Source: Patescibacteria group bacterium (GTDB taxonomy: Bacteria; Patescibacteriota; Minisyncoccia; Moranbacterales; UBA9337). Taken from it: a DNA stretch of 64,000 bases. The notes beneath the pieces were generated by a model. The model had not been told where the DNA came from. It ran no database searches and worked only from the letters and a program-made list of their open reading frames with translations. The translations under genes and the position numbers were made by a program. Location: contig JBHPHA010000003.1 in assembly GCA_042569905.1 (NCBI GenBank), positions 2,471 to 66,470 of the forward strand, written 5' to 3'. Below are positions 52,461 through 62,574 of this stretch, piece by piece (positions within the stretch are counted from its first letter, which is position 1; every line of letters starts with the position of its first letter).

Positions 52461-53228
52461 TTACCAAGAAGTAATTATTTCCTTCATCTTTGCGACGTCA
52501 AACCTGAAATCAATACTGCCCAAACTAATCAAGTTAGCTGCACAGGTCTCAAACGGTAACATGTAAATCATGCACTCGTGCGGCCAATTACTAAGGGAAT
52601 TGTACCATCCCCCTTCCTGGCTCATAATGTCTTTCACACCGCAGTGACGATCAGCCACAAGAAGCAATTCCGGATCGCTAGCATATGGCAATGCTTCGTC
52701 AAGTGTTCCTACGACTTGAATCCGAGCCTCAGGAAAAAGATCTTGCAAATGATTCGATACCCAAATAGATCGCTCCTCTGTAGGAATTCTTCGGCAGTTA
52801 TCAGATCCAGCATAATGATGATCAGAAATACACTCCTGAACCACAATCACCTTTTTCAGATTCCGCCCATTAACAACTTGTAGAGCAAACCAGACAAGAT
52901 TATCTACCGAGGTAGAATTACAGAACCCCTCTTCAATCTGTCTAGAAAAAATATAGTCTAACCCGCAAAATGAACGCTTGAAGCGATCTTTCCATTTGTC
53001 AGATAGAGTCGGCTTATAAGCAATACCGCGACATGTTTCGTCACTAACCAGCAAATACGCCCCTTTAGACTTTGCATCTTCAGCCGCCTCAATAGCCTCT
53101 TCAGCTATTGATTCATACGAAACACCAGCAGGAACAACAAATGTCCCCACCACATCAAAATCCTCCATTATTCTCGGGATATATTCTTGAAATAGTTCAT
53201 TGTTACGATAGATCAGAAAAATTTTCAT
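52461..53228 (-). CDS. hypothetical protein (255 aa); cassette gene 2
   Basis: The start is set at MKIFLIY (53228). No motif recognised. Confidence 0.5.
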   Translation of the reverse strand: MKIFLIYRNNELFQEYIPRIMEDFDVVGTFVVPAGVSYESIAEEAIEAAEDAKSKGAYLLVSDETCRGIAYKPTLSDKWKDRFKRSFCGLDYIFSRQIEEGFCNSTSVDNLVWFALQVVNGRNLKKVIVVQECISDHHYAGSDNCRRIPTEERSIWVSNHLQDLFPEARIQVVGTLDEALPYASDPELLLVADRHCGVKDIMSQEGGWYNSLSNWPHECMIYMLPFETCAANLISLGSIDFRFDVAKMKEIITSW

Positions 53229-53257
53229 GTCAATTCCTTTTAGTTTTTGGTTTATTT

Positions 53258-53833
53258 CTAATTGCAATTTCGTGATGCTCGTCCGAGTTCAAATGCCTCC
53301 GCAGCAACGGCGCATACAGTATCGCGTATTGGATCAAGATACATCATCTGTCGTAAGGTCGCCAACCCGGCAACCGCATCCTCGTCTGCAAATGCACCAC
53401 CATGCTGAATAATCAGCTCTGGAGTAATCCTTACAAGACCGACGACAACTTCTTCTCCACCCAATTCCACAATCCACTGTTGTGCTTCAGATACGGATTC
53501 ACACTCGGTGTGTACAACTGTAGTCACTTTTCCATCAACAAAAGCAAGTGCTAGTGCGTCAGGAATGCGCTCCACAATTGTCTTTCTATCGGGAAAAGTT
53601 TTCCCAATAGAAACATCGATGGCTCTCAAAACCTGTTCCTGTTCAGTCCCGAAAGACCGAACCCTAAAAGTTACATCGACACCAGGTCTGGTCAACATTG
53701 TTCCAGGATGCAATGAAGCAACTAAGAATTTTTGACCATTGTGTTGACTGTCTTGATCTTTAACCTTAACAGTCCATAACAACTCATTTGCTACCTTGTC
53801 GTAACCCACGACAAACCCTTGGATTCGCTTCAT
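53258..53833 (-). CDS. hypothetical protein (191 aa); cassette gene 1
   Basis: ACGGAGG Shine-Dalgarno sequence before the ATG. No motif recognised. Confidence 0.55.
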   Translation of the reverse strand: MKRIQGFVVGYDKVANELLWTVKVKDQDSQHNGQKFLVASLHPGTMLTRPGVDVTFRVRSFGTEQEQVLRAIDVSIGKTFPDRKTIVERIPDALALAFVDGKVTTVVHTECESVSEAQQWIVELGGEEVVVGLVRITPELIIQHGGAFADEDAVAGLATLRQMMYLDPIRDTVCAVAAEAFELGRASRNCN

Positions 53834-53966
53834 AACCGAACCTCCGTATTTATGACCACAGCCTGTGATCTTTTGTAAAATAACCTATATTCTATTTCAC
53901 TTTTTTAAAAAACTAACTAACATTAAATTTTAGTACAAAGATAGTCTTTTGTCAATAGATCTAAGG

Positions 53967-54026
53967 AAATAAAAAAGTCCCACGCGGTGACGCAGGACTG
54001 AGTCTTGGGCAAATTTTTTGCCATTT
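53967..54026 (+). repeat. 60-nt perfect direct repeat, copy b
   Basis: Identical to 52306..52365. It would encode the same ...KKVPRGDAGLSLGQIFCHL tail and is followed by a different 2-codon ending. Confidence 0.9.
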
Positions 54027-54091
54027 GTTTTTCAATTAAAAAAACGTCGAGCAATTACTGCCTGACGTTTTGAACTCTTTTTAATAAAAAT

Positions 54092-54955
54092 CTATTTTTT
54101 AGATCTTTCTTCAACAACACCACTGGGAATACGTTCTTTCCTACTCAATCTTCTACGCTTCATATACTTTGTGAAATCGATACTCATCACTACTCCTAAA
54201 AAGGATGCCCAGTAAACCAATGAAGTGATTCCAATAAATGCGCTGTAATTATTAAACAAGTTCGTCTCACCAAAGAAACTTACTGGCAGAAACGCACTAG
54301 CTGCAAACATTGCAAATAATATCATCACTCCTTTGAAAAATTTCATATCACTTAATACACACGTACTGATAGCTAGACTCAAAAAAACTATAACAGAAAT
54401 AGCTGCTGGATAAAAACTCACATTCAGCACTTCCACGATGAGATTAACTAAAGGAAAAGAAACAAATAATGTCTGACATATCCCAGCATTGATAAGACTC
54501 TTTTTGGGAAAGACCAGATAGCCAAAACTCATTTCAGCAAGAAGTGCTATAAAGAATGCTATTGCCATAATCTGAATAATCAGAAATTCAACACCTATTT
54601 CACTTTCTTCAAATGACACTTCATTGCCCTGAATGTAAAAGTTTTTTTCTTCCTGAGAAAAGTGAACAGGAATCTTTGTCACTCTCAAATAACTCCTTGG
54701 GGCAATATCTAGAAAGTCGTGCCAAACCAATTCCCTGGTTTCAGAAATATAAGGATTTTCAGCTTCTCCCAACGTCATCTTCCTAGCAATCTCCGCCTCA
54801 GTAATTAAATGATTAGGATAATTCGCCCTCCACTGCAAATGCACACCATAAAAACTAACGGCACCCTCATCCACCTCAACAATGTACTCCTTAGCAGCAT
54901 TCGCAGGGCCAGAAAACAAATACAAAGCCAACATCAATACAAAAATAAATCGCAT
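54092..54955 (-). CDS. multi-pass membrane protein with a signal peptide (287 aa)
   Basis: N-terminal signal sequence, an extracytoplasmic domain of about 110 aa, then five or six hydrophobic helices. Confidence 0.55.
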   Translation of the reverse strand: MRFIFVLMLALYLFSGPANAAKEYIVEVDEGAVSFYGVHLQWRANYPNHLITEAEIARKMTLGEAENPYISETRELVWHDFLDIAPRSYLRVTKIPVHFSQEEKNFYIQGNEVSFEESEIGVEFLIIQIMAIAFFIALLAEMSFGYLVFPKKSLINAGICQTLFVSFPLVNLIVEVLNVSFYPAAISVIVFLSLAISTCVLSDMKFFKGVMILFAMFAASAFLPVSFFGETNLFNNYSAFIGITSLVYWASFLGVVMSIDFTKYMKRRRLSRKERIPSGVVEERSKK

Positions 54956-55103
54956 AACTATCCTCCTGTTTTGTGGTTTTTATTTTATTTTCAAACAACT
55001 TATGAACTGTTTAATATATCAAAAATAATATATACCGTCAATGCTAAAATAAAAAATGCCAGACAATTATTCTTGTCTGGCATTATAACCTACCTCAAAA
55101 CAC

Positions 55104-55652
55104 TTAAGCAACGCTTCTTTTCCCACCAGTGAGGTGCCTAATGCTCAACCCACGATATCTGTGCGAGTCATTAAATCGAGGTGACCGACGGCGTCTCAAA
55201 TCCATTGATAAATTTTCTTTCTGCTTTAAGTAGCTATGAAAGCTAACAGTTTCTCCTCTTAAATCACGTGACATGATATACATCCAAAACTGAACTTCAT
55301 CCTTGAATCGAGAAAAACCCGCAGTTAAACCGCGAATGACTCCCAGCGCATCAAATAGCGACAACCCCTTGAACACGTCTATAGCTAAAGCCATGACCTC
55401 ATATTCGAAAACTACTCGAGGTAGGGCATCCGCTCCCATGCTCATACTGTTCAAAGGGCTCTTCCTTGAATAGGAAAGAACATATCGACCTGATTTAAAA
55501 ACTTCGCAAATGATAGAAAAGTCCTTTGTCTCCCATTTTTCAGGCTTAACACTAATAGCAAAATATTTCTTTTTGCTATTAAGCTGAGATTTGGACCCAA
55601 CCACGTATCCTTTCAACTCATGTATTGCACTATCAATTTCTTTTTGTGACAT
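55104..55652 (-). CDS. hypothetical protein with an Arg-rich C-terminus
   Basis: The start is moved to the ATG at 55652, preceded by GGAGGAG. TTGACA, 17 nt, TAATAT promoter at 55707..55735. Confidence 0.5.
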   Translation of the reverse strand: MSQKEIDSAIHELKGYVVGSKSQLNSKKKYFAISVKPEKWETKDFSIICEVFKSGRYVLSYSRKSPLNSMSMGADALPRVVFEYEVMALAIDVFKGLSLFDALGVIRGLTAGFSRFKDEVQFWMYIMSRDLRGETVSFHSYLKQKENLSMDLRRRRSPRFNDSHRYRGLSIRHLTGGKRSVA

Positions 55653-55736
55653 ACTACTCTCCTCCAGTGATTTATGCTTTTCTAAAACAACTATCTCCAA
55701 CAGTCAATATTATCACATTTCTCATTTTTTGTCAAC

Positions 55737-55770
55737 TAAAAAACCGGCAAACCCATGGTAACCGGTTTTC
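55737..55770 (-). terminator. rho-independent terminator of hpf
   Basis: AACCGGTTAC / (G)TTTGCCGGTT stem followed by a T run on the minus strand. Confidence 0.65.
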
Positions 55771-55786
55771 TATTCAAAAATCTACT

Positions 55787-56179
55787 TTAAAATCTTGCAT
55801 CCTTATCAAGAGACATTTTCTTTCTAATTGATCTTGCACCGCGCATAACCTTTGTCCAAACCTTGTCCTTTTTTCTTCTGATTTGAGTTTTCAGTTCATC
55901 TACTGCAATATCAGCTGAACCTTCAATGCTCTCACTAACTTCTTGCGCACGAAACATATTTCGAGGAGTGTGAACCATTATCTCCACTCGGTAAAACCCT
56001 CTTCTATCTAAATTAATTTCAACATCAATCTTTGTTATTTTCTCAATCATCCTATCAATAACCTCTAACCTTTTCAAGATATAATCCTCCACGAAATCTC
56101 TTCTACTCTGATCCTCAATCTCCTGCCCCTTGTACATAAATCTTGTATTTTCCATAGCAACTTTTGGGTGATAAAACAT
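55787..56179 (-). CDS. hpf: ribosome hibernation-promoting factor / RaiA family
   Basis: S30AE-like pattern: I.I.G......D......I..KL..L.....I....V.L, ending with a basic tail. Confidence 0.7.
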   Translation of the reverse strand: MFYHPKVAMENTRFMYKGQEIEDQSRRDFVEDYILKRLEVIDRMIEKITKIDVEINLDRRGFYRVEIMVHTPRNMFRAQEVSESIEGSADIAVDELKTQIRRKKDKVWTKVMRGARSIRKKMSLDKDARF

Positions 56180-56293
56180 GTAAAATTACACATCAATCAC
56201 CTTTAGTAAATTAGAACCTTACAATACTATTATACCACTCAAAAGAACTTCTTCAAAGACTTTAAAAGCACTGCTAAAATTCATTATCACCAA

Positions 56294-56330
56294 TAAAAAA
56301 AGGGGGTAGCGATTTTTCGCTACACACCCT
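56294..56330 (-). terminator. rho-independent terminator
   Basis: GTAGCGAAAAATCGCTAC hairpin followed by a T run on the minus strand. Confidence 0.65.
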
Positions 56331-56342
56331 TATGTTTTTTAT

Positions 56343-57053
56343 TCATGCCCCGACTACATAGAATTTTTTTCTACACAAATCAGCACGCTCTTGATAATCC
56401 CAAAGTTCAACTACTTCTTGAAGGACTTTGAATAAATCCTTAACATCGGAAAATTTTCCTTGATGGAAGATTACCTCTGCCCCGTGAAGAGTTTGAATGA
56501 TCTTCAGTCTACATTCGTTACCCTGAATCCTGAAAGTTCTCATGTACCCCGAAGTACTTACTTCAATAGTGCACTCTCTGAGTTGTTTTTTCAAATATCC
56601 ATCCCTAAATTTCAAGAATGTGTCACTTACCACGACATACCTGAAAAAATCACTTCTCAGTTTTTCAATTGCACATTTAATCTCTGTTAAATCAGGATTC
56701 CTCCATCTCAAGCCTTCTCTGCACAACTTATTGTCGGTCCAGATTTCATCAAGGGGAAAGCTAGGCTCTGAAAGCTTCTTCAGACAAATCCTTGGTTGAA
56801 AAACCCATTTCCCAAGAAGAAAATGTATCATTTGGGTGTCTTTTTCGATTTCTCTAACATCACCAGTAGGCACCGCCCTCCTTATTCTAATGATTTCAGA
56901 TGAAATATAAGACACTTCTTCTTCGATATCATAAACTCTGGAAAGTTTTTTAAGCCAAATAAGATAATTCTCGCATTTATTCAAACTAACCAAAACCGAT
57001 TTTCTAAGTAATATCATCATGACCCACCTCCCGCCTCGAGTAAGGATTTTCAA
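56343..57053 (-). CDS. hypothetical protein (236 aa)
   Basis: ORF only. The start is uncertain. Confidence 0.45.
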   Translation of the reverse strand: MKILTRGGRWVMMILLRKSVLVSLNKCENYLIWLKKLSRVYDIEEEVSYISSEIIRIRRAVPTGDVREIEKDTQMIHFLLGKWVFQPRICLKKLSEPSFPLDEIWTDNKLCREGLRWRNPDLTEIKCAIEKLRSDFFRYVVVSDTFLKFRDGYLKKQLRECTIEVSTSGYMRTFRIQGNECRLKIIQTLHGAEVIFHQGKFSDVKDLFKVLQEVVELWDYQERADLCRKKFYVVGA

Positions 57054-57100
57054 TTGTTAACTTGCGAATTTTTATCTTATCACACATCTATTTATCTGTA

Positions 57101-57128
57101 AAAAAACCACCCCAATTAATTGGGGCAG
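57101..57128 (-). terminator. rho-independent terminator after murB
   Basis: CCCCAATTAATTGGGG palindrome followed by a T run on the minus strand. Confidence 0.7.
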
Positions 57129-57172
57129 ATTTATTGATTAACAAAAAACTCGAAAATCCTTCTTGATTTTTT

Positions 57173-58117
57173 TTAAAATCCGAAATACTGAATTTCCTCC
57201 TTAAGTTGTATGTGAAGCTTGTCCCTAACTTGCTGCTTAATATAAGCGATTAGCATTGCGATATGGTCAGAGGTAGCGCCTCCTGTATTCACAATAAAGT
57301 TTGCATGCTTTTCACTAACCTGAGCTCCGCCAATCTTTTTTCCCTTTAAATCAAGATAATCAATCAGAAATCCAGAAGCAACATTTCCCAATCTTGAAAT
57401 TTTGCCATTTCTTACCATATACTCAGCCAACTTTGGATTTTTCTCCTTAATTTCTTCAAAAGAAATACTATTTTGGAAAACACTTCCAGCATTTGGAAAT
57501 TTTGGATAATTTTTCCCTCTATGTGCCAATGTCTGTTTTACTAAATCTTTGACAATAACTTCTTTTTCTTTTTTTAAGCGAAAGATTACTTTCCAAATCA
57601 AAAGATTTTTCTTCTCCTTGAATATACTATCACGATAAGAAAAATTGCACATTGAGTTATCAAGATAATAGAATTCTTTTTTATCCAAATCGAAAACTTC
57701 AACATTCTCAACCAAATCACTCATAGAAACACCAAAAGCCTCCGCGTTACCGCGTAAAGACCCTCCTATTGTTGCCCTCGGAATTCCGATTGCCCATTCA
57801 AATCCGCTCAAGTTCTGTTTAGTTGAAAAAGTAAACACGCTCACTAAACTTGCCCCAGCACCACACATAATATTATCTTCATCAACCAATGAAATATCTT
57901 GATTATTTATTTTAATCACAAGGCCACGAACGCCCTCAGAATTTACCAAGACATTACTTCCTCCTCCTAGTATTGAAGCTTTTTTATTCTTCTGCTCAGC
58001 CCATTTTATTGCCTCTATCAAGTCATCCTTATTGTTAACTTCAGTAAAAAACTCAGCCGGTCCCCCAACCTTAAAGGTAGTAAATTGATCCAAACGAACA
58101 CCTTGTTTTATTTTCAT
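57173..58117 (-). CDS. murB: UDP-N-acetylenolpyruvoylglucosamine reductase
   Basis: FTTFKVGGPA, LGGGSN and GSVF.N motifs. Confidence 0.85.
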   Translation of the reverse strand: MKIKQGVRLDQFTTFKVGGPAEFFTEVNNKDDLIEAIKWAEQKNKKASILGGGSNVLVNSEGVRGLVIKINNQDISLVDEDNIMCGAGASLVSVFTFSTKQNLSGFEWAIGIPRATIGGSLRGNAEAFGVSMSDLVENVEVFDLDKKEFYYLDNSMCNFSYRDSIFKEKKNLLIWKVIFRLKKEKEVIVKDLVKQTLAHRGKNYPKFPNAGSVFQNSISFEEIKEKNPKLAEYMVRNGKISRLGNVASGFLIDYLDLKGKKIGGAQVSEKHANFIVNTGGATSDHIAMLIAYIKQQVRDKLHIQLKEEIQYFGF

Positions 58118-58128
58118 TGTAAAAACTT

Positions 58129-59499
58129 TTACTTTTTATCTATTAATCCATGAGTCACTCTCCAAACATCTCCCGCTCCCATTGAAATAACAACATCATT
58201 TTCATCAAGCTTATCTTTCAATTTCGCAATAACTTCTTCTACAGTAGCAATGTTTACTGCTTTATTCCTATCATATTTATTAACTAATCTAACTAAGTCC
58301 TCAGAGCTAACGCCTCCAGATTTCTCTCTGCTTCCATAAATATCCAACACTATTAATTGATTTGTATTTTCAAAGCTCTGAGAAAACTCGCTAAGTAGAG
58401 CTTCTGTCCTTGAAAAAGAATGTGGGTGAAAAACAGTAATTATGTTCTTGCCCTCATAAATCTCTCTAACGGTTTTCAGCGTTGTCACAATTGCCTCTGG
58501 ATGATGAGCATAATCATCAATCAATATTGCCCCATTTCTTGTTCCAATTCTTTCAAACCTTCGAGATGTACCCTCAAAACTAGACAAGAACTTACCTGCC
58601 AAAAAAGCCTCGAGTCCAATCTCATTGCAAAGTGCAATAGCCGCGGCAGCGTTTAACATATTATGCCTTCCTGGAGACTTAGTCTCAAAAATACCTAAAG
58701 CTTCCTCCTTGTAAATAATCTCAAAAATCTTCAACTTTTTACCTTTTTTAATGACAATTCTATAATCGCTATCATCAGTAAATCCATAACTAGCTTTTTT
58801 GCAATTTGCATTTTTTACAACTTCAATCACATCCCTACTATCATTACAATAAACCAAAAATCCAGCACTTGGTATTTTTTTCACAAAATCAACAAAGGCT
58901 TTCTTATAATCGTCGAAAGTTTTATAAAAGTCAGGGTGATCATAATCAACACTAGTCAATATCACTGCCCAAGGATTATAGTATTTTAATTTATTTTGAT
59001 ATTCATCTGCCTCTATTACAAAATAATCTCCCTTCCCGAAAATACTATTTTTATCCCATTCAATTACTTTACTCCCCACAATTGCACTAGGAGCCGCACC
59101 AATTTTTTTCATCATAGTAGCAAGCATCGCTGTGGTTGTGGTTTTCCCATGAGTACCTGAAACTGCAATCCCCTTTTTACTATTGAATAATTCCGCTAAA
59201 GCTTCTGGGTAACTCAACACCCTTAAATCACCTGCTCTTGCTTCGACTAATTCTAGGTTATCTTCTTGAATCGAAGTTGAATGCACGATTAAGTCAAAAT
59301 CCTCTGAAATATGCTCTTTTTCATATTTATCAAAAGTCTCAATATCATTAGAAATCAACATTTCTTTGTAGAAGTGGTCCCCCTCATCAGAGCCAAAAAC
59401 ATCCATTCCCATACTTCTATACATCAAAGCTAGTGCGGAAGTTCCACTCCCCTCAATTCCTATTATATATATCTTCTTGTAGTTCAATTTTTCAGTCAT
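58129..59499 (-). CDS. murC: UDP-N-acetylmuramate--L-alanine ligase
   Basis: IGIEGSG N-terminus, VSGTHGKTTT P-loop, DDYAHHP. Confidence 0.9.
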   Translation of the reverse strand: MTEKLNYKKIYIIGIEGSGTSALALMYRSMGMDVFGSDEGDHFYKEMLISNDIETFDKYEKEHISEDFDLIVHSTSIQEDNLELVEARAGDLRVLSYPEALAELFNSKKGIAVSGTHGKTTTTAMLATMMKKIGAAPSAIVGSKVIEWDKNSIFGKGDYFVIEADEYQNKLKYYNPWAVILTSVDYDHPDFYKTFDDYKKAFVDFVKKIPSAGFLVYCNDSRDVIEVVKNANCKKASYGFTDDSDYRIVIKKGKKLKIFEIIYKEEALGIFETKSPGRHNMLNAAAAIALCNEIGLEAFLAGKFLSSFEGTSRRFERIGTRNGAILIDDYAHHPEAIVTTLKTVREIYEGKNIITVFHPHSFSRTEALLSEFSQSFENTNQLIVLDIYGSREKSGGVSSEDLVRLVNKYDRNKAVNIATVEEVIAKLKDKLDENDVVISMGAGDVWRVTHGLIDKK

Positions 59500-59516
59500 A
59501 TTTAAACACTGTCTAC

Positions 59517-60623
59517 TTATTTTATTAGATCAACTATTCCATCCACAATCTGACTTGTTGCCTCTGGATTATAAAAAGGTTTAATATTCTCAGCTAAGTT
59601 CTCCCTAAAATCTTGCTCATCCAGAATCTTTTGTACTTTTTGCATCAATATGTGCTCTCCAAGATTTGACTCTTCTAGCACAATAGCTCCTCCAACTTCA
59701 GCCAATGCAAATGCATTCATACTCTGATGATTATTCGCAGCGCTAGCTAGGGGTATTAATATTGCTGGCTTACTATTAGCTGCAATTTCACTAATAGAGT
59801 TAGCACCTGCCCTACTGATTACCAAGGTAGCTACCGCTAGAGAATCACTCATATCTTCGGAGCTTAGGAAATCAATTGGATAGTATCCTCCTCTTCCAGC
59901 CTTCACACCCTCTACCGCAGCAGTCCTGATAACATTCTCATAATTAACTTCTCCAGTTTGATGAATGACTTGAGCATATTTCAATAATTCAGGTAAAATT
60001 TTAATAACAGCCTTATTGACGTTTTCAGAGCCCAAGCTTCCACCTAGCACTAAGATAACTGGCCTTGACTCAGCAAGTCCTAATTTCTGAATCACTCTTC
60101 CTGCATCACCTGAAACAATTTGCTTTCGAATTGGATTTCCTGACAAAAGAGTCTTACTTGAATCAAAATATCTTCTTGATCTTGGATAAGATATTGCCAC
60201 TCTATTTGAAAATTTACCAATAATCCTATTTGCCAAACCTGGAATAGAATCAGATTCATGAGTAAGAATTGGAATTCTGTAAACCCAAGCAGCAAAGACT
60301 ACTGGAAAAGAAGCGTACCCTCCCTTAGAAAATACTACATCAGGCATATAAACCAATAAGAGAACTAACGACTGAATAATTCCAATTGGAACTTTGAAAA
60401 AATCCGTAAAATTACCTGGAGAAAAATATCTTCTCATTTTCCCTGCCAAAATCTTTTTTGACTTTATACTCTCTTCATCCATCGCTCTTTTTTCCATTTC
60501 TCCATTAGGTCCGATGAACAAAAATTCCACATCACTTCCGTATCTATTCTTTATCTCCCTAGATACTGCAACCAATGGATAGATGTGTCCACCAGTTCCA
60601 CCACCCGTTAAAACAATTCGCAT
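59517..60623 (-). CDS. murG: undecaprenyldiphospho-muramoylpentapeptide beta-N-acetylglucosaminyltransferase
   Basis: GGTGGHIYP N-terminus. C-terminal SRAGANSISE. Confidence 0.9.
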   Translation of the reverse strand: MRIVLTGGGTGGHIYPLVAVSREIKNRYGSDVEFLFIGPNGEMEKRAMDEESIKSKKILAGKMRRYFSPGNFTDFFKVPIGIIQSLVLLLVYMPDVVFSKGGYASFPVVFAAWVYRIPILTHESDSIPGLANRIIGKFSNRVAISYPRSRRYFDSSKTLLSGNPIRKQIVSGDAGRVIQKLGLAESRPVILVLGGSLGSENVNKAVIKILPELLKYAQVIHQTGEVNYENVIRTAAVEGVKAGRGGYYPIDFLSSEDMSDSLAVATLVISRAGANSISEIAANSKPAILIPLASAANNHQSMNAFALAEVGGAIVLEESNLGEHILMQKVQKILDEQDFRENLAENIKPFYNPEATSQIVDGIVDLIK

Positions 60624-60698
60624 ATTTTTAATTTTTATTTATTTTTTATTACCTTATCTATATTATTCTATTTTTTTGACAAATAATCAAGAAAAAAC

Positions 60699-61805
60699 TT
60701 AATTCATCTTACTTCTCTTGGAGATATTTAATAAAATACCTACCGCCATCATCAGGAAAACAAGCGAAGTACCTCCATAGCTAATAAACGGCAAAGGTAT
60801 TCCGGTTAACGGTATCAAAGATGTTATTGCGGTTATATTTATAAACGCTTGAAAAACTATCCAAGAAACTATCCCAACGGCCACCAATCTCCCAAATTCA
60901 TCACTCGCGTTTTTGGCAATCTTTAACCCTCTTGCTGCAAAAAATATGAAAGCGCAAAGAATTATCAAAGCTCCAATCAATCCCAGCTCCTCACATACCA
61001 CCGCAAATATTGAATCCCCCATTGGTTCTGGAAGATAGTTAAGCTTCTGTCTACTGTGACCAAAGCCTAGGCCAAAAAAACCACCAGAACCAATCGCAAG
61101 TAATGCCTGATTAACTTGATAGCCAATTCCCTGCGGATCTAGCTCGGGATTCAAGAAAACCTTAAACCTATTCATACGATAAGGAGCCATTTTAATCAGC
61201 ACAGCCAATCCAGCTATTCCACTCAAAAAGATTGCAAATATGTGTGAAATCTTAGCACCAGAAGTGAAATAGATTGCAATAGCAATGAATATAATTGCAC
61301 CTAACGTTCCCGTATCTGGCTGCTTTAATATTAAAAAACCCATGATACCCAAAATAGCTAGAAAAGGAACCAGCCCTTCGTAAATATCCTTAATTTTCTT
61401 CTTCCCCTTACTTTCCAACCACGCTGCTAAATAAAGAATTATGGATAGCTTTGCCATTTCAGATGGTTGAAAAGAAATAAACCCCAAATCAATCCATCTA
61501 CTAGCACCATAAACGCTCGAACCAATACCTGGAACAAAAACTAACATCAAAAAAACCAAAGTAATAAAGAAAAAAATCACTGAAACTTTTTTCCAAAAAT
61601 GATAATCGATTTTCTGAAAAATATACAGAAATAAAAGTCCCGGCAAAAAACCAGAAAATATCTGCTTTTTAACCAAAAAATACGGGTCATTAAAGTGAGT
61701 CTTTGCATATAAAACACTTGCGCTTCCAATCATAATAACGCCAAAAAGAGCCAGTCCAAAGGCTGTAAAAAATAATGGCTTATCAAAATATTTTTCCTTT
61801 TTCAT
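60699..61805 (-). CDS. ftsW: SEDS-family peptidoglycan polymerase (FtsW/RodA)
   Basis: Ten-helix pattern with QPSE..K, PDTGT and LPFISYGGTS motifs. Sits between murG and trmD. Confidence 0.8.
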   Translation of the reverse strand: MKKEKYFDKPLFFTAFGLALFGVIMIGSASVLYAKTHFNDPYFLVKKQIFSGFLPGLLFLYIFQKIDYHFWKKVSVIFFFITLVFLMLVFVPGIGSSVYGASRWIDLGFISFQPSEMAKLSIILYLAAWLESKGKKKIKDIYEGLVPFLAILGIMGFLILKQPDTGTLGAIIFIAIAIYFTSGAKISHIFAIFLSGIAGLAVLIKMAPYRMNRFKVFLNPELDPQGIGYQVNQALLAIGSGGFFGLGFGHSRQKLNYLPEPMGDSIFAVVCEELGLIGALIILCAFIFFAARGLKIAKNASDEFGRLVAVGIVSWIVFQAFINITAITSLIPLTGIPLPFISYGGTSLVFLMMAVGILLNISKRSKMN

Positions 61806-61813
61806 ATTCTATT

Positions 61814-62461
61814 CTATTTTGTATTTTCTTTCCTCCACTTTTCAATTTCTTGATGGTTTCCAGAAAGAAGCACTCCTGGAACTTTCCAGTCATTGAATTT
61901 CTCTGGTTTAGTATACTGAGGATACTCTAATCCAATCTCACTATGACTCTCCTCACTCAACGACTCAGGATTCCCCAATACTCCAGGGATATGCCTTGAA
62001 ATTGAATCAACCAAAATCATCGCTGGAAGCTCCCCTCCAGTTAGGACATAATTCCCGATTGAAATCTCTTCATCAGCAATATTTTCGATTACTCTTTCAT
62101 CTATTCCCTCATAGCGACCACAAATAAAAATAATATCGTCATATTCAGTAAACTTCTTAGAATCACTTTGTGTGTATGTTTGCCCCTTAGCCGCAAATAA
62201 TATGACTCTAATTTTTTTATCTTTACCAATCTTTTTCTTAATATCTTCCACAGCCCTATATAATGGCTCAACTTTCATCACCATTCCTGCTCCACCGCCA
62301 TATGGAGTATCATCAACTGTCCTATGCTTATCTTCTGTGTAATCTCTCAAATTATACACATTGACATTAATTAACCCTTTTTCTTTAGCTTTTCCAATAA
62401 TCGACTCAGAAAAATATGAATCGAATATATCTGGAAATATTGAAATTATATGAAAATTCAT
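61814..62461 (-). CDS. trmD: tRNA (guanine37-N1)-methyltransferase
   Basis: IISIFPDIF, DDTPYGGGAGMVM, CGRYEGIDERV and SIGNYVLTGGE. Confidence 0.9.
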   Translation of the reverse strand: MNFHIISIFPDIFDSYFSESIIGKAKEKGLINVNVYNLRDYTEDKHRTVDDTPYGGGAGMVMKVEPLYRAVEDIKKKIGKDKKIRVILFAAKGQTYTQSDSKKFTEYDDIIFICGRYEGIDERVIENIADEEISIGNYVLTGGELPAMILVDSISRHIPGVLGNPESLSEESHSEIGLEYPQYTKPEKFNDWKVPGVLLSGNHQEIEKWRKENTK

Positions 62462-62574
62462 TTTTTTAAAACTTATTCATTATATAAATAATATTAACAT
62501 TTTTATGAAAAATAATAAACAAAAAAACCAATGACTTCATTTGAAATCATTGGTTTTTAGAAGTAATCTTTCTT

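Larger units (their letters stand above)
52366..54026 (-). mobile_element. putative integrated two-gene cassette (no recombinase gene)
   Basis: Bounded by the 60-nt perfect direct repeat. Visibly higher G+C than the flanks. Carries its own promoter (TTGACA, 18 nt, TAAAAT at 53926..53955) and terminator. Confidence 0.45.

Noticed and set aside
53258-55652. Possible homology between the N-termini of 53258..53833 (IQGFVVGYDK...VKVK) and 55104..55652 (LKGYVVGSKS...ISVK)
   Set aside because: Only a roughly 20-residue resemblance, with no continuation. That is too weak to claim without a statistical alignment.
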